A stretch of 61,725 bases of DNA, filler included, from Bipalium vagum (GCA_037834085.1; 3 parts of 3 records of this genome joined end to end with filler, not necessarily neighbours in it); one strand, 5' to 3'. Shown: positions 1 to 12,039, counted from the first letter of the whole stretch. Made by a program: numbers and translations. Notes: a model not told the origin generated them from the letters alone.

Positions 1-47
<47 letters not shown>
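1..47. repeat. (TTA)n microsatellite
   Basis: Perfect trinucleotide run at the window start. Confidence 0.97.
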
Positions 48-763
48 TTAAAAAAGCCAATAAGCGAGTTATGACAATAATTTCTTAAACTTGTTAAAAA
101 AAATTCAAATAAATTCAATAAGAAAACTAAGCAATAAGAAAATCAATAATTAATCTTGAAAACAAAAATAAATTTTAAAACTGGTTTGAAAAAAATCTTA
201 ATATCCCAAAAATGTTTAGGGAATAATTCAGATAATTTGAGAATATTATAAACGGTTTGAACAAACTGGATAACTTTCTAAGCCATTTCCAGGATCAAGT
301 CTGATTTCCTTAAACGAAATCAGACATTACTGAACGACTTGGTTGTACAAAGGAACAAAACGTTTAATGCTCTGTTCACTAACAGTCGGTTAGAGTAACT
401 TTTAGGCGTATAAATAATCAATCAATTTATCAATGGCACTCTTATCACTCGAAAGATTTCAACACAAATTCCAAATTTCTAATCAATAAATGTTTGATAT
501 GCCATTTTAGCAATGCCGAAATTACAGAATGATTTGAAGAAAATGTGTAATTTTTCATCGATTCGATCAATAATTTTCCAATAGAACAAAGAGGTAAATA
601 ATATAACTAAAACAATTTTAAAAATGTGGGGCATCAAATTCCCAAAATCAAAGCATCATCAAGCACACACCAATAATTCAAACAAGTAATAAATATTGAT
701 CGTTATTATTATTACTATTATTGTATCATTGAAAGCAACATAATCACAATAAATTAATCAATT

Positions 764-3545
764 TCAAAAATGAAGTGTGCCAACTAACCACGGTTGGTTC
801 AACATCAATTCCATACTAAATAAATAATAAATCCAATAAAAATAACAATTTTTCCGACTGATGTTTCCCGCTATTATCGGATGTCTCGAATATAAAGTAA
901 AAAATAACCTTTTTGTTCTTTCTCTAAATTGCACCTCAATCGGATTCATTTCTGGCGGGATTTCATCGATAAGTGTGTTGGTCTTAGAGTTGATTGTGGT
1001 TTTCGGTTCGAAGAACTGTAAATTTGCTGAACACTCCTTCAATGTTTTTGAAGCCTTTAATGAATCGTTTCTGGAAAAATTGTCGAAAGTTTGATTTAAG
1101 AGGGTTTTGCTTTTGTTGCAGCCACAAACAAATGAACTGTTTGCCTAAATAAATTTAAAAACCTTTACAAAGATATTTTTCAGTGTTTTTGGAAACTTTA
1201 ATTATTTTCGATGATTTATATCAGTGAAAAACAGGAAAAAAGATACATAGAAATAAAAATTTTTCGATAAAATAAATTGAATAAATATAATTATCCGATC
1301 TCTTTTGAAAAACATAAGTTAATCATTTTTAACTTATAATACCACAATAAAAATATTTTTTGAAATGAAATAGAAAGATTTCAACGTGTTCAATAAAATA
1401 GTATTAATTTACTTTTTTGAATAATTATATTAATTAAGAAAAGTAGATTAATAAATTGTTTATATATAAACATTTATGGTCTAAGATAATTGAGTTTATT
1501 TAAAATAAACTTATTTTAATTGAAAAAAGATATTACAAAAGCATAAAAATGGGTCGTGGTAAACATTGCACCCTTATAATTTTAGTTATTTTATATTTTC
1601 TTACTTATTAAATAACACAATATCATTTTGATTTCATTTATTTCAACAAATCAGTAATTTTGTGGAAACGATTGTGTAATTATAATTTGAAACTATAGAT
1701 CATCAAAAGGTCAATCGATTTATCACACTTCTTTTGTGCTCGTACACAGCGTTTTAAATTTAATGTTTGGTGTCAATGTTTTTCGTAAGTATCCTATATT
1801 TACTGATAGATCGATTCCGCTTGTCACTGAGGACATGAAAGGCATTTGCCTTCCAAAAAAATTATAAACATTCCAGAAAAAAGTTTGATAAGGTAAAAGA
1901 AGTATACCGGGAATCAATTTAAATTTAGTGGTTTCGAAGACAAGTGGTGTTTCAATAAATCTTTAATACTAAAAAATAATGAATTTTCATAAAAAAATCC
2001 TTTTTTAACATTATTCAGTCTTGGATAAAAATTAAATCAGTTTTATTTATATCGAAATATAGTTGAAAGCAAAATTTCAGACATTGTGAATGTATTATTT
2101 ACTTTAGATTAATGAGCAATGCTTTATATAAGGTTTATGTATTGGGCTTAAAAGAGATTTTAGTGGATAATTGCAATGTACCATTCCTTAGGAAAATGGT
2201 TGTCAAAAATTTTTGATACATTTTTATACAATGTCCATTGATTTTTATTTATAATATAAATTAATAACAATAAATCAATATTTAAAAAATCGCAAGTGTC
2301 TCACCTTAGAATCTAAATTGTGTAACAATTGAATGTTTCGCTGGAGAGTGGTATCAGAATGAAGAGGTTTTGACACTTCGCTCGGTAATTGACAATGCTG
2401 GCACTTATTATACATAGATGAAATGAGACTGGGCACTTCTGAAATTAGTAAAATATTTGACTTTGGTGATAAAAGTTATCAAAAACCAAAAAATCTCTGT
2501 ATTGGTTTAAAAATAAATCACCGTTTTTATTTAAGAGTTACAAATTAGAACTTGGTACCTCAACATGTCTGTACCTCGAAAAATTCAAGTAAAACTATGC
2601 AGCATTGGTAAAAAAAATATTAAATTTTTCAATTTTTGTGTAAATATTAAATTATTTGAAGGAATGGATAATAAGAATATTGAACAGATTAAGCCAAAAA
2701 ATACCAAGAGCTTCAGTGGGCACTCCTTGCAATTCGACAGGTTCAAAATTGGTATTGATTGATAATACTTGCTGAGCTGGGAATGTATAACTGTATTCTT
2801 TATTACTATCTCGATTTGACAAACGCTGATATTATGTACACTGTAAAACAGTAAAATCCCAATGGTAGACTTACCTTTTCAACATCCAAGACCTTGGCAG
2901 AATCCAAAGACCATGATTTGGTATTGTTAAACACATTTGTCAATCCTAAAGTAGTTGCCAATGAATAAATTGGTTTGCAACATTCAGGACAGCTTTGAGT
3001 CATTGTGACATTGGTTGACTTATTAATTTCTACTTTAGGTTTTGAATGATGTACATTGGTACTTCCTGGGTTGTTTGTAATCACCGAATTTAAAACTTGT
3101 TTCATACACTGACATATATTTGGATCTTCTTTGAGTTGCAAAAGAAGTTTTTGTTGAAATAAGACTCTTTGAATTATAGAATGACTTGTCAGTGTTTCAC
3201 TGTCAGAATTAATATTCAGCATTTGAATAAGATCATTCTCACTGGGTAACAGCTGAGACAAATAATTACTATCTTCTTTATTATCAGCAAAATTTTCGCA
3301 ATGAATTAGAGTATTATTTCCGGTAGATAATCCTGTTTTCCTCATTGATTCTACTCGATTTCTTCTTTCTGCATTTTTAGAGACATTTTCTAATGCAGTT
3401 AAATTTAAATCTTCGTTACTATATAAATGCGCTTAATAACTTTCAAAACTAACAGGAAAATATACCTATCACTCCACTTTGATGAAAAAGTTGATGATAA
3501 AAACGCATTAGGAGCATCAAAAAACTCATCTTCGTCTGAACTCAT
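764..3545 (-). CDS. Multi-exon host gene of unknown function with an N-terminal FFAT (VAP-binding) motif
   Basis: ATG at 3545 reads MSSDEDEFFDAPN. A 47-bp GT-AG intron (3419-3465) joins it in frame to ORF 2806-3345. Further spliceable exons lie at ~2706-2825 and ~2305-2438 (EVPSLISSMYNKCQHCQ...). The 3' exon(s) near 764-1144 are uncertain. Confidence 0.55.
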
Positions 3546-4535
3546 TAAATTTGTTAGATTTATAATTTTTTGTAAAATTTGTATAATATAATATTAGAAC
3601 TAAAATTATATGAAAAAATAATATTTGAATTTTATTTTAAATTAAAATATGATTAAATTATTTAAACAAATGATTAATTAATGTTAAAAAGCTCTCATCA
3701 AAATTAATTGTTATTTATATAATATTAGGTTTCTGCGAAACTTTGATTTTTTTTAATTTATGATTCAAAAATAAAAATCCTTATTAAAATCTATTTCAAA
3801 AGATCTATATTAAAATAATCACATTTTTAAAAAATAAAATATTGATAATTTTTTAAAAATATCAGTTTACAATTAATCATTTTAATATTTCTAATAATAT
3901 AATTTTGATATAGATGGAAAAACTTACAATTGTGACATTAATTGAGAAAACTAAAATTTTGGACTATACAGATAATAATACGAAATACATTCATGAAGAA
4001 ATAAAGTCTTATGGGCTTGTGGGTTAAAATAAAAATTTCAATAAACTTCAGAATTATTTATTGGATGACATGCACAGCATGAAGGAAACAAGTTTATACT
4101 TCCGTGCAGCTCTTAGCCGGACAATTTCCGATTGTACAAAGAAAGATTCAGATCTATTAAGTCTGTTAGCTAGAAAAACTTTCAATTTAATATGACAGTA
4201 AAGTTAAAAAAATTAATAAATCAATTTAATGTGCTAGCCAGCTGGTTTTCAGATTTAATAGATCCAAGGGTTTCAAAAAAATGTTAAGGAATTAGATTAA
4301 GAATTAAATTGAAGGAGCTAAAGTTGAAAATATAGAGAAAAAGAAAGTCTTTTCTCTTTATTTTGGGCAAGTCAAAAATTTGAATAATCAAATAACATCA
4401 AATAACCACTCTATGTTATTAAACTAGCATTGATAAAATCCGTTAATGGAAACTACCAAAAAAATTGGGGACGAATACACAAAAAGAGAATTGAAATAGA
4501 TTTCAAGAAAGAAATGTGTATTGTTCTATATTTAT

Positions 4536-5340
4536 TGTATCAAAAACCTGACTTTAACTCTTATGTGGTGCGAAATAACAACAGTCAGTAAAACAATAAC
4601 TTTTACTTATATCAAAATAACTCACACAAAATCATAATTTCACAATTGTCAAACTTAGCAAAGGGATCACAATAATGTCTAAAATATCTTATGTAATATT
4701 GCATCAAATCAACCAAAACAGAATATTAAATGAAAAAAATTAAAATAATCAATTAATTAAAACAAAATACTTTGTAAAGTTAATGAAGACAATTAATAAA
4801 TAAAAACAAGAATCAAACTTAAATAATAATTATCGAATGATAATAATAAAGAATGTTAATGAAAACAAAACAAAATGATCTTACGGTTTAGCTTCGTGCA
4901 AGCTGCCTGAACTACCAGCTGAACCATCACAGTTCCTCAGAGATAGCCCCCCTTTGTGGGGAACTTTAATTCTGTTTTTTCTTCTTGGCTCTGCTTTAGT
5001 TCAATTCTGTTTTTCTTCTGGTTGTGAAAAAATTTGAGAGTTTCTTATATAGTCTCCAATTTTCCTCCATTGATGAATTTCTACTCTCAACAGGAATGTC
5101 TTCTTTCTCTACACTTGTCACACGCAGAAACCAAAAGCTTTCAATTATTCAGCTCCACACGACCTTAGTCGCCTTGGCTGAATAATTAATTCTTCGGCTG
5201 TCTCCGGTAACAAGCCCGCAAACTCCCTATTCCTTTTGGCCCACCATTTCCCATATTCAATTAGGAAAATGAAACTCCGGGAGATTTAATTATTTAGCTC
5301 GGCTCAAACATGTTTCCCTGAGATGAATAAGTAATGAATT
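4536..5340 (-). repeat. LTR-like dispersed repeat, copy 1 (probable solo LTR)
   Basis: Homologous to 36278-37060, with shared blocks tgtatcaaa..aaacctga..aactctta.gtggtgc, ggatcacaataa, tagcttcgt..aagct.cc, tggggaact and cttatatagt. Homology starts sharply at a TG (CA on the minus strand). TATA-like ACTATATAAG on the minus strand. Far end and TSD not found. Confidence 0.55.
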
Positions 5341-6813
5341 GAGCTTCCTGACTAAAATTTTAATGAAAAATAAGTATTTTTTAAATGGAAGTGATAATTA
5401 TAAGTTACCATTTTTTCATTAGAAATATTATAATTATTTAATATAATTTTATTATTAATATAAAATATCATGTGTTAAAAATATTTTATGAAAAAATAAA
5501 TATAAAATCTTCAACATGTGGAAATTACAGAAATGAAATAAGTTGAGAGCGTCCCATACAATATACTGAAGATTATTAGTAGATAAAACTCCCGATGAAT
5601 ATTTTTAGATCTAGTTCAACGAATTTCTCAATATTTCCATCAATTTTAGGAGCTTTCAACGAACAATTCTTGGGTATTTTGATTTGCGTGATTTTCCACT
5701 TTGATTTGAGCAGGTGGAACGTGTTTTCTTTCTGCCTCTAATTTAGTGCTTATGTTCACATCACTAACCTTATTTTCATCAATTTATCTAACTCTAGACA
5801 TTAGTTGGTTGTTGATGATACATAGTTCTATTATCATCTTGAAAGTTTTTATCATTTTCAGTAATCAATGAAGGATTTTTATATTTCCGAAATATATTAG
5901 CTCCTACTTTGTTGTCCATTCTATCATCGACATTCGCTATTACTAAATTCTTTATTCCATATGCATCATGATATTTTCGAAAAAGCTTTTCTGAGAGGTG
6001 TTACTTCTGCGACCAAATTTTCTGTTTTATCAGATTTTTCTTGAGGAGCCAGAGGAATATTTCCACCAGAACAACCAAGGGAAGAGGTTCAAACTGGCGA
6101 ATTATCAATAGAAACCATAGAGCCAGAACAATTCAGATCAGGTCAAGCAAGACCAGGAAATAATCCAGTAGGAAGACCAAGGAAGGATCCAAACGCACCG
6201 CATCCGCAGGAATCATTTGAGAAAACAGAAAAATTCTGTGAAGAGACTATCTGACAAAAAGCAGCATGAAGAAGAAGAGTACAATGAAGCAACCAAGGAA
6301 GATCAAGAGAGACTATTGCGATTGTTGGAATTAATGGAGTTTACGTCTCCAGGTATGGAGACAACAGGAAAACCCGACGAGCTGACGTTAAAAATCTATG
6401 CAAAAATGACGAAAATTTTGGAGGATGTGGAAAATTTTGTGGAAGAACCAGACAGTACAAGTGACGAATTATGGCTGACACAGGTCTGTGAAGGAAGAAT
6501 GGATAAGGAAAAGGCCATGGTGAGCGTAACGTTAATCTTAAAGAGAGTAGATCGGGAGTTGGGACGGCAGAATACGGAAATTGTGATTCGAGGTGCAAAT
6601 AAAACAATTAGTGAATTTTTCGGACCATAGATGAAGTTAAATCAATGGTGATATAATTTGTTTGGAACGAAGAACACAGTAGAATCAGAAGCGGAATTAT
6701 CCATTTACGATCGATCATACGAAATAGCACAAGTACCGCCAGAATTCAGACAACAGTCAAGGCAAGAGAAGCATCAGGAAGAACCATAAAGAAAAGATCA
6801 ATCCGGTCAAGGA

Positions 6814-8753
6814 GTGAGATCAACAAACGATTCTTGGATTCCCAGGATGTTAATAATGGTTATGATGTTTTTGAATATGATGAACAGATCGAATGCATTG
6901 CTGACATACGATTGTACGAAGCCGAAAATGGGGAAAATATATTCATTAATAGACTTGGAAGAGTGCCCAAAAGCGTACCCGACTAATTTAACCAGCAGAG
7001 ATGTAGAGTATCACATTTATCAGGAAACTGAGTTTAGAAGAGCCAATGTGAAGGAGTGTATTGTTAAAAAGATAACGTTTGAGTATTAATTTGGAGTTCA
7101 CAGTAGAAACACATTCTTGGAAACGATATTGATACTAGTACCAGTGATTGTGAATTCGGAAAACTGCGAATCAGCCTTTGTAACAGGAAAGTTACCGATT
7201 TCAACAGGGCTGGCAATTGATGCAAAAGTTGGTGTGAGAACTTGACAAGCTATAACCGAATGGCGCATACACTGGTAGAGATATATATAGAAAAGGTGAA
7301 AAATTAGCCTGGGTGGTTATTTAATTAGACTTTATGGTGCAGTTACGAGAGTTCGAAGGAGTGTTTGATGCGATTACTGGGAAAATGCTTTCGCATCCTC
7401 TCTGTAATTTAAAACATACAACCTACAATACAGGAGAATCGTTACTGGTTTATAGAGTACCAATTACGGATTGTGATATGGTCTTCTTAAAGAAGATAGT
7501 ATTGTGCAGTTGGAAGGCGAACAGGAAAAAGAGAGCATGAGCAGATCTAGAAGAGTGGGAAGAACGTTACATATAACGGAATATGTTGAAAAGAGAAAAC
7601 ACCCATCGTGTTGGTGAGCAAGGATAAAAACGAAGGTATTCGATTCGTAAAAAGGGAGCGGATAATGAAGTGTAACACGGAAGTGTATATTTGTGAGTTA
7701 CCACAGTATGACGGTAGCAAAGAGGTTGAGCAAAACGAACGTGAAGTGGGCAGATTATACCAATACGAAACTGGATTTCGTATACCATGTTTTGCAGCAG
7801 TCAATGAGGGAAATGTATCATGACGTAGTGGGTAATGACTGTAAATTAAATCGGGAGTTGTTGAGGACAAAGTTCGATATGATAATCAGGAACTCGGAGC
7901 TAGTAGCGCCCATGTTGTTTCCAGACCAAGGAGTCTTCGGGAGAATGATGGGAGAAGTTCTGTTCAGATGAGGAGAACCGAAGAGTGCACAACACGTTAC
8001 CAGTTTTTTGGGAAAACGAAGAACAATTTGTGGCTTCAGTCACCAGGATTTTGTTGGTAAAATAAACCAAAGATGCTAGAATGCGGACCACCTAATATAC
8101 AAAATAACGCAAGACATGTGGATAACTCTACCAGATAGAAAAGAAACAAGTAAGGTAGAAAATTGGGAATTGCTTAAAATTGAAAGTGGAATAAAGTTTG
8201 AAGATTTGTACGAATTAGTATCAGGTCGGATATACACAACCCTAGATATCGAAGAGGTGCGCAGGAATATGTTGTTCCGAGAGAGAAGAGAAAGGGTTTT
8301 GACACACTTGGTAGATGCTGTAATGCAAGGAAATGATGGATCAAGTGATTAAAGGAACTACGAGATCTTGCTGAATCCAGATCATTATAAAAAGGCAGCG
8401 ATGAAATTGCTGGAAAATACATGAGATGATTCACGGGCTTTGGAAATTTTATGGCAGGAATAATTGGAATATATACAATATTTATGTTGGTAAAATGGGG
8501 GTTTTTACAGATCATGTCGGTATATACGCTTTACCGGACAATCGGATTTACTTGTCGGATAATTACGGCTTGTTTACCGTTTTCAGCAACATTTGTAATA
8601 ATTCATCATCATGGAAAGGAGTTAACGAAACTAAAAAAAATTTTTCAAGAAAGAAGGCAGGACAAACCTGATGATGAAGTAAAAATGGTGGTGAAAAGAG
8701 GAGATAGTTCATCAAGTGGTAATGAAAGAGAATCGGGGTTTTTCTCTAATTAA
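6814..8753 (+). pseudogene. env: Chuvirus-like / class III (gB-fold) envelope glycoprotein, frameshifted
   Basis: Signal-like LIMVMMFLNMM followed by YDC..YSLIDLEEC, VKECIVKK..Y*FGVHS, DYTNTKLDFVY, MYHDVVGNDCKLNRELL, MMGEVL, LPVFW..FVASVTRIL, SGRIYT..DIE, then FTGFGNFMAGIIGIY plus a TM helix. This is the motif order of chuviral-type glycoproteins found in invertebrate retroelements. Confidence 0.8.
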
Positions 8754-9083
8754 GCCAGGAAACTGAAAACGAGAAAGAAGAAAGGGGCACCAACGGCACC
8801 AACGAGCAGAGACTATTTGATAATTAATAGAAATTTACCAATGACACCAATCAGATATACGTCGTTAATAGGATTGCGGGCACAAATATATCCTGCATTA
8901 GATTCTTTTTTATACGACGAGATACCAGATGAGGAAAGGGCAGAAACTGAGTTTCCAGAGAAGTTATTAGAACAAGAATTTGATGAAAGGAAACTAACCA
9001 GATTGGCCATCCCAGTATATAAACCCCGCATGAATATGCTGAAAATGAACAATTAAAAGAAATACAGAACAGACGATAAAAGC

Positions 9084-9400
9084 GTGATAAAAGTGAAGAT
9101 CAATGGTCGAGTTTTATCAACGTTAATCGATTCAGGAGCAACCGTGTCGATAAGTAACAATAATGTTTTGACAGAGAGAGAAAAGAATAGGATACGACCA
9201 TCATCCGGTACTCAAACAGTTACAGGTCAAAATTTTGAGTTTGAGAAAAGTATTATACGTAGTGAAACTAGGTGGTCACAAAATAGAGCATGGTCTGAGG
9301 GTAATGGCCAACTGCCCATATGATGGATTGATTGGAATGGACATTTTGTCGCAGTTTCAAGGCGTCGCGTTTGATTTAGTTACAGGCAATTTGATATCAG
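9084..9400 (+). pseudogene. Retropepsin (aspartic protease) domain, frameshifted
   Basis: IKVKINGRVLSTLIDSGATVS and a downstream DGLIGMDIL flap/C-terminal motif. Confidence 0.9.
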
Positions 9401-9769
9401 TTCAAGGTAGTAGAGGTAGAAAACGAGCAGTGAACGACATAATTAATATTAAACGAAAACTTATTGTTACCACAAAGAGCAGAAACAGTTTGTTTCCTGA
9501 CAGCGGAAATTCAAATTAAAGGAGCAATGCATTTCAAACCCAGAATTGAGTTAAGGTGGCTATATTAAGCAGTAGAAGAAGAAGTATAAATCAGAGATAA
9601 GAAAATACCGATAAGGGTCGTGATTTTTTATGTCAAAAAGAAGCAATTATATTCTAAAATGAGAATATGTCAGTTATAATCATTAACTGATGAACCATAC
9701 GCAGACGCGATTCACGTATTGAAGCCCAGTGCCATAAAGAGGTATAAGCCGACGATAATTACAAGTCAG

Positions 9770-10650
9770 AATTTGACAGAGAGTTAACAAGAATATTTTC
9801 AGAAAGTTATAGCGAGATATGATAAAGTATTTGCTAAAAATAATTACGATTTTGTTTGCACTCATATTTTAAAACATAAAATTACTCTTACGGAGCCAAC
9901 TCCAATCAACCAAAGGGCATATCGTCTATCCTATGCCTTGGTATAAGAAATCGATCAACAGATAAAGGATATGTTGAGAGTAGGGACGATTGAAACGAGC
10001 ATATCGTCTTGGGCGTTACCTGTCGTGATGGTGAATGTGTATTGTTTATAGAAAAGTAAATGAAGTTACGCGAAAGGATACATATCTGATTCCAATGATT
10101 GAGATGATGTTTGACAAAATCAAGAGATCGAAAATATTTACAGTGATGGATCTTCATTAGGGTTATAATCAAGTTGCTATGGATGAAGATAGCAAAGAGA
10201 TTGCGGCTTTCATAACTATTAAAGGACTGCATCAATACAACAAGATGCCTTTTGGATTGACAGGAGCTCCAGCGACGTTTCAAAGATTGATAAATTTGAT
10301 ATTAATGGACGTGGAGCATGAGATTGTATCTTTAGACGATATTATCATATTTTTCTTTAACTGGAATGAACATATTAAAGATATCGCAGCATTGTTGCAA
10401 AGATTGAAAGTGGCAAGTCTGAAGGTGAAGCCTACAAAATGTGAATGGGCAAAGAGTGAAGTTAAATATTTGGGACATATAGTGTCAGGATCAAGAATTA
10501 GATCAGACCTCGAAAATACAAAGGAAGTGAGAGAATTCTTAGGATTAGCAGGCTATTACAGAAGATTTATCAGAAATTATGCCAAAATAACAACACCATT
10601 AAATGACGTGCTGAAGGGAGAAACAAAAGTGTTGAAGAGGAAAGCCAAAG
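9770..10650 (+). pseudogene. pol: Ty3/Gypsy reverse transcriptase plus start of the connection region, degraded
   Basis: HKITLTEPTPINQRAYRL, SSWALPVVMV, RKVNEVT, DLH*GYNQV, MPFGLTGAPATFQR, SLDD (from YLDD), KCEW..YLGH, FLGLAGYYRRFIRNYAKITTPL. Confidence 0.93.
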
Positions 10651-10659
10651 GAAAAAAAG

Positions 10660-11065
10660 AGATCACTAATAACTGCGCGAGCCCAGGTGACGACTTATCG
10701 AGCATGTGATTACGGAATAGTAGCCGAAATAGTAGAAGGCCAAGAGGATGAGCTAGCAGCGAAAAAGATATTGTCAAGGGTATTAGAAGGAAAAGTAATG
10801 TTAGGTTATGACGTGAAGGCGTTGGAAACTATCAATGTGGACCGCAGTTGGATCAGAGGTTATTGGGACCTAGCAACACTGCCCATATTGAAGACAGATG
10901 GAAGACAGTCCAAGAAGAGATGGGACAGTATCGTTGCACATGTTGCTCCAATATTACGCAAACCGTAAAATGATGGATAAGAGAGGGTTCTTTGCTCTGC
11001 AGCGGGACCTATCATTTATGCTGAAGGTATGGATAGTACTCGGAGATAGATGCATAGATGATCTG
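10660..11065 (+). pseudogene. REXO4/ISG20-like DEDDh 3'-5' exonuclease domain (partial)
   Basis: RSLITARAQVTTYRACDYGIVAEIVEGQEDELAAKKILSRVLEGKVMLGY...IRGYWDLATLPIL matches the Rex4/ISG20 pattern VTDYRT..SGI.PE.L..A.DF..V...V...L.GRILVGH....IRDT...PL. The Exo I motif is missing, cut at the junction with RT. Confidence 0.65.
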
Positions 11066-11074
11066 ACATAAGAG

Positions 11075-12001
11075 TTGGTAGGTACAGTGAAGAAAATCCG
11101 GAAACAGAGGAACTACTCATCTGAGCAACTAAACAGTAAGGATATGGAACGAAGGTTGAAACATGAGAAGACAACCACAAGTAAGGTAGTACCCAAACCC
11201 ATATTGGAGAAAATGCAAGATGAGATAACAACTCAGAAGGATTGGTTCAATGACATGGACGTAGAAAGTGAAGAATCCGAGGATGAGGAATCAAAGAAAC
11301 TGGCAGGCCAAGTCAAGAGATATTGGGAAATATATAAGTCCCTGCCCGTCGATATGGACGAGAGCAACAATGGCTTTGAACCAATGATGCCGAGAGAGAA
11401 ACATGAAAGTAGACAGCAGAATAAACAAAAGAAGGAGGAAGAGATGAAGGCTGTGGCAACAGACTTTACCAAGAAAATTAATATTCAAACCCCAGCTAAC
11501 AAACAAATGAAGGGAAGAAAAGTTAGGATCCCAACCCAAACTTGGGAAGAACAAATAGAGAATGATGATAATATAATAATATTGTCAGAGAGCAGAGATC
11601 TGACCGAAGACTTACCCGATGAAGAAGAGATAGCAGAAGAGACGAAAAAGGAGAGCAGGAAGGAAACAAGGGAGGCAAGCCCGACAGTAGCCGAGAAGAC
11701 CAGGCTTAGCCTGAAGAATTTATTAGCAGAAATTCATGTCCTGAGCCAACAATATGGTTGCGAATGGAAAGAAATAGTGGTAAGATCTAATAAGACTGGA
11801 CAGGAATTACTTTTACTCAAAGAAAGGAAGAGAAAGAGGGGGGACAATTCAAAAGAGAGAAGATGGAATTGGGACGAGCCAGAGCCAAAAAGCAATGTTC
11901 TGGAACACCGACGGAGAAGCGGGATTGATTTGATCAAAACAATTAATAACAAACATCTTGATTTTGTTACAAATTGCATTAGTGTTGTCAATTATGTATA
12001 A
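11075..12001 (+). CDS. Open charged/low-complexity ORF at the 3' end of the retroelement
   Basis: 308-aa uninterrupted, E/K-rich ORF immediately before the PPT; no recognisable domain. Confidence 0.5.
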   Translation: MVGTVKKIRKQRNYSSEQLNSKDMERRLKHEKTTTSKVVPKPILEKMQDEITTQKDWFNDMDVESEESEDEESKKLAGQVKRYWEIYKSLPVDMDESNNGFEPMMPREKHESRQQNKQKKEEEMKAVATDFTKKINIQTPANKQMKGRKVRIPTQTWEEQIENDDNIIILSESRDLTEDLPDEEEIAEETKKESRKETREASPTVAEKTRLSLKNLLAEIHVLSQQYGCEWKEIVVRSNKTGQELLLLKERKRKRGDNSKERRWNWDEPEPKSNVLEHRRRSGIDLIKTINNKHLDFVTNCISVVNYV

Positions 12002-12039
12002 ATAAAAGTTTTTTTTTCAGCGTTATTTATTGAAGATTC

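Noticed and set aside
5517-6044. Coding-like minus-strand stretch between the LTR-like repeat and the Gypsy element
   Set aside because: Multiple stops, no motif, and no PBS/PPT linking it to either neighbour
6341-11991. Many minus-strand ORFs over the retroelement
   Set aside because: Antisense shadows of purine-rich coding sequence with no motifs
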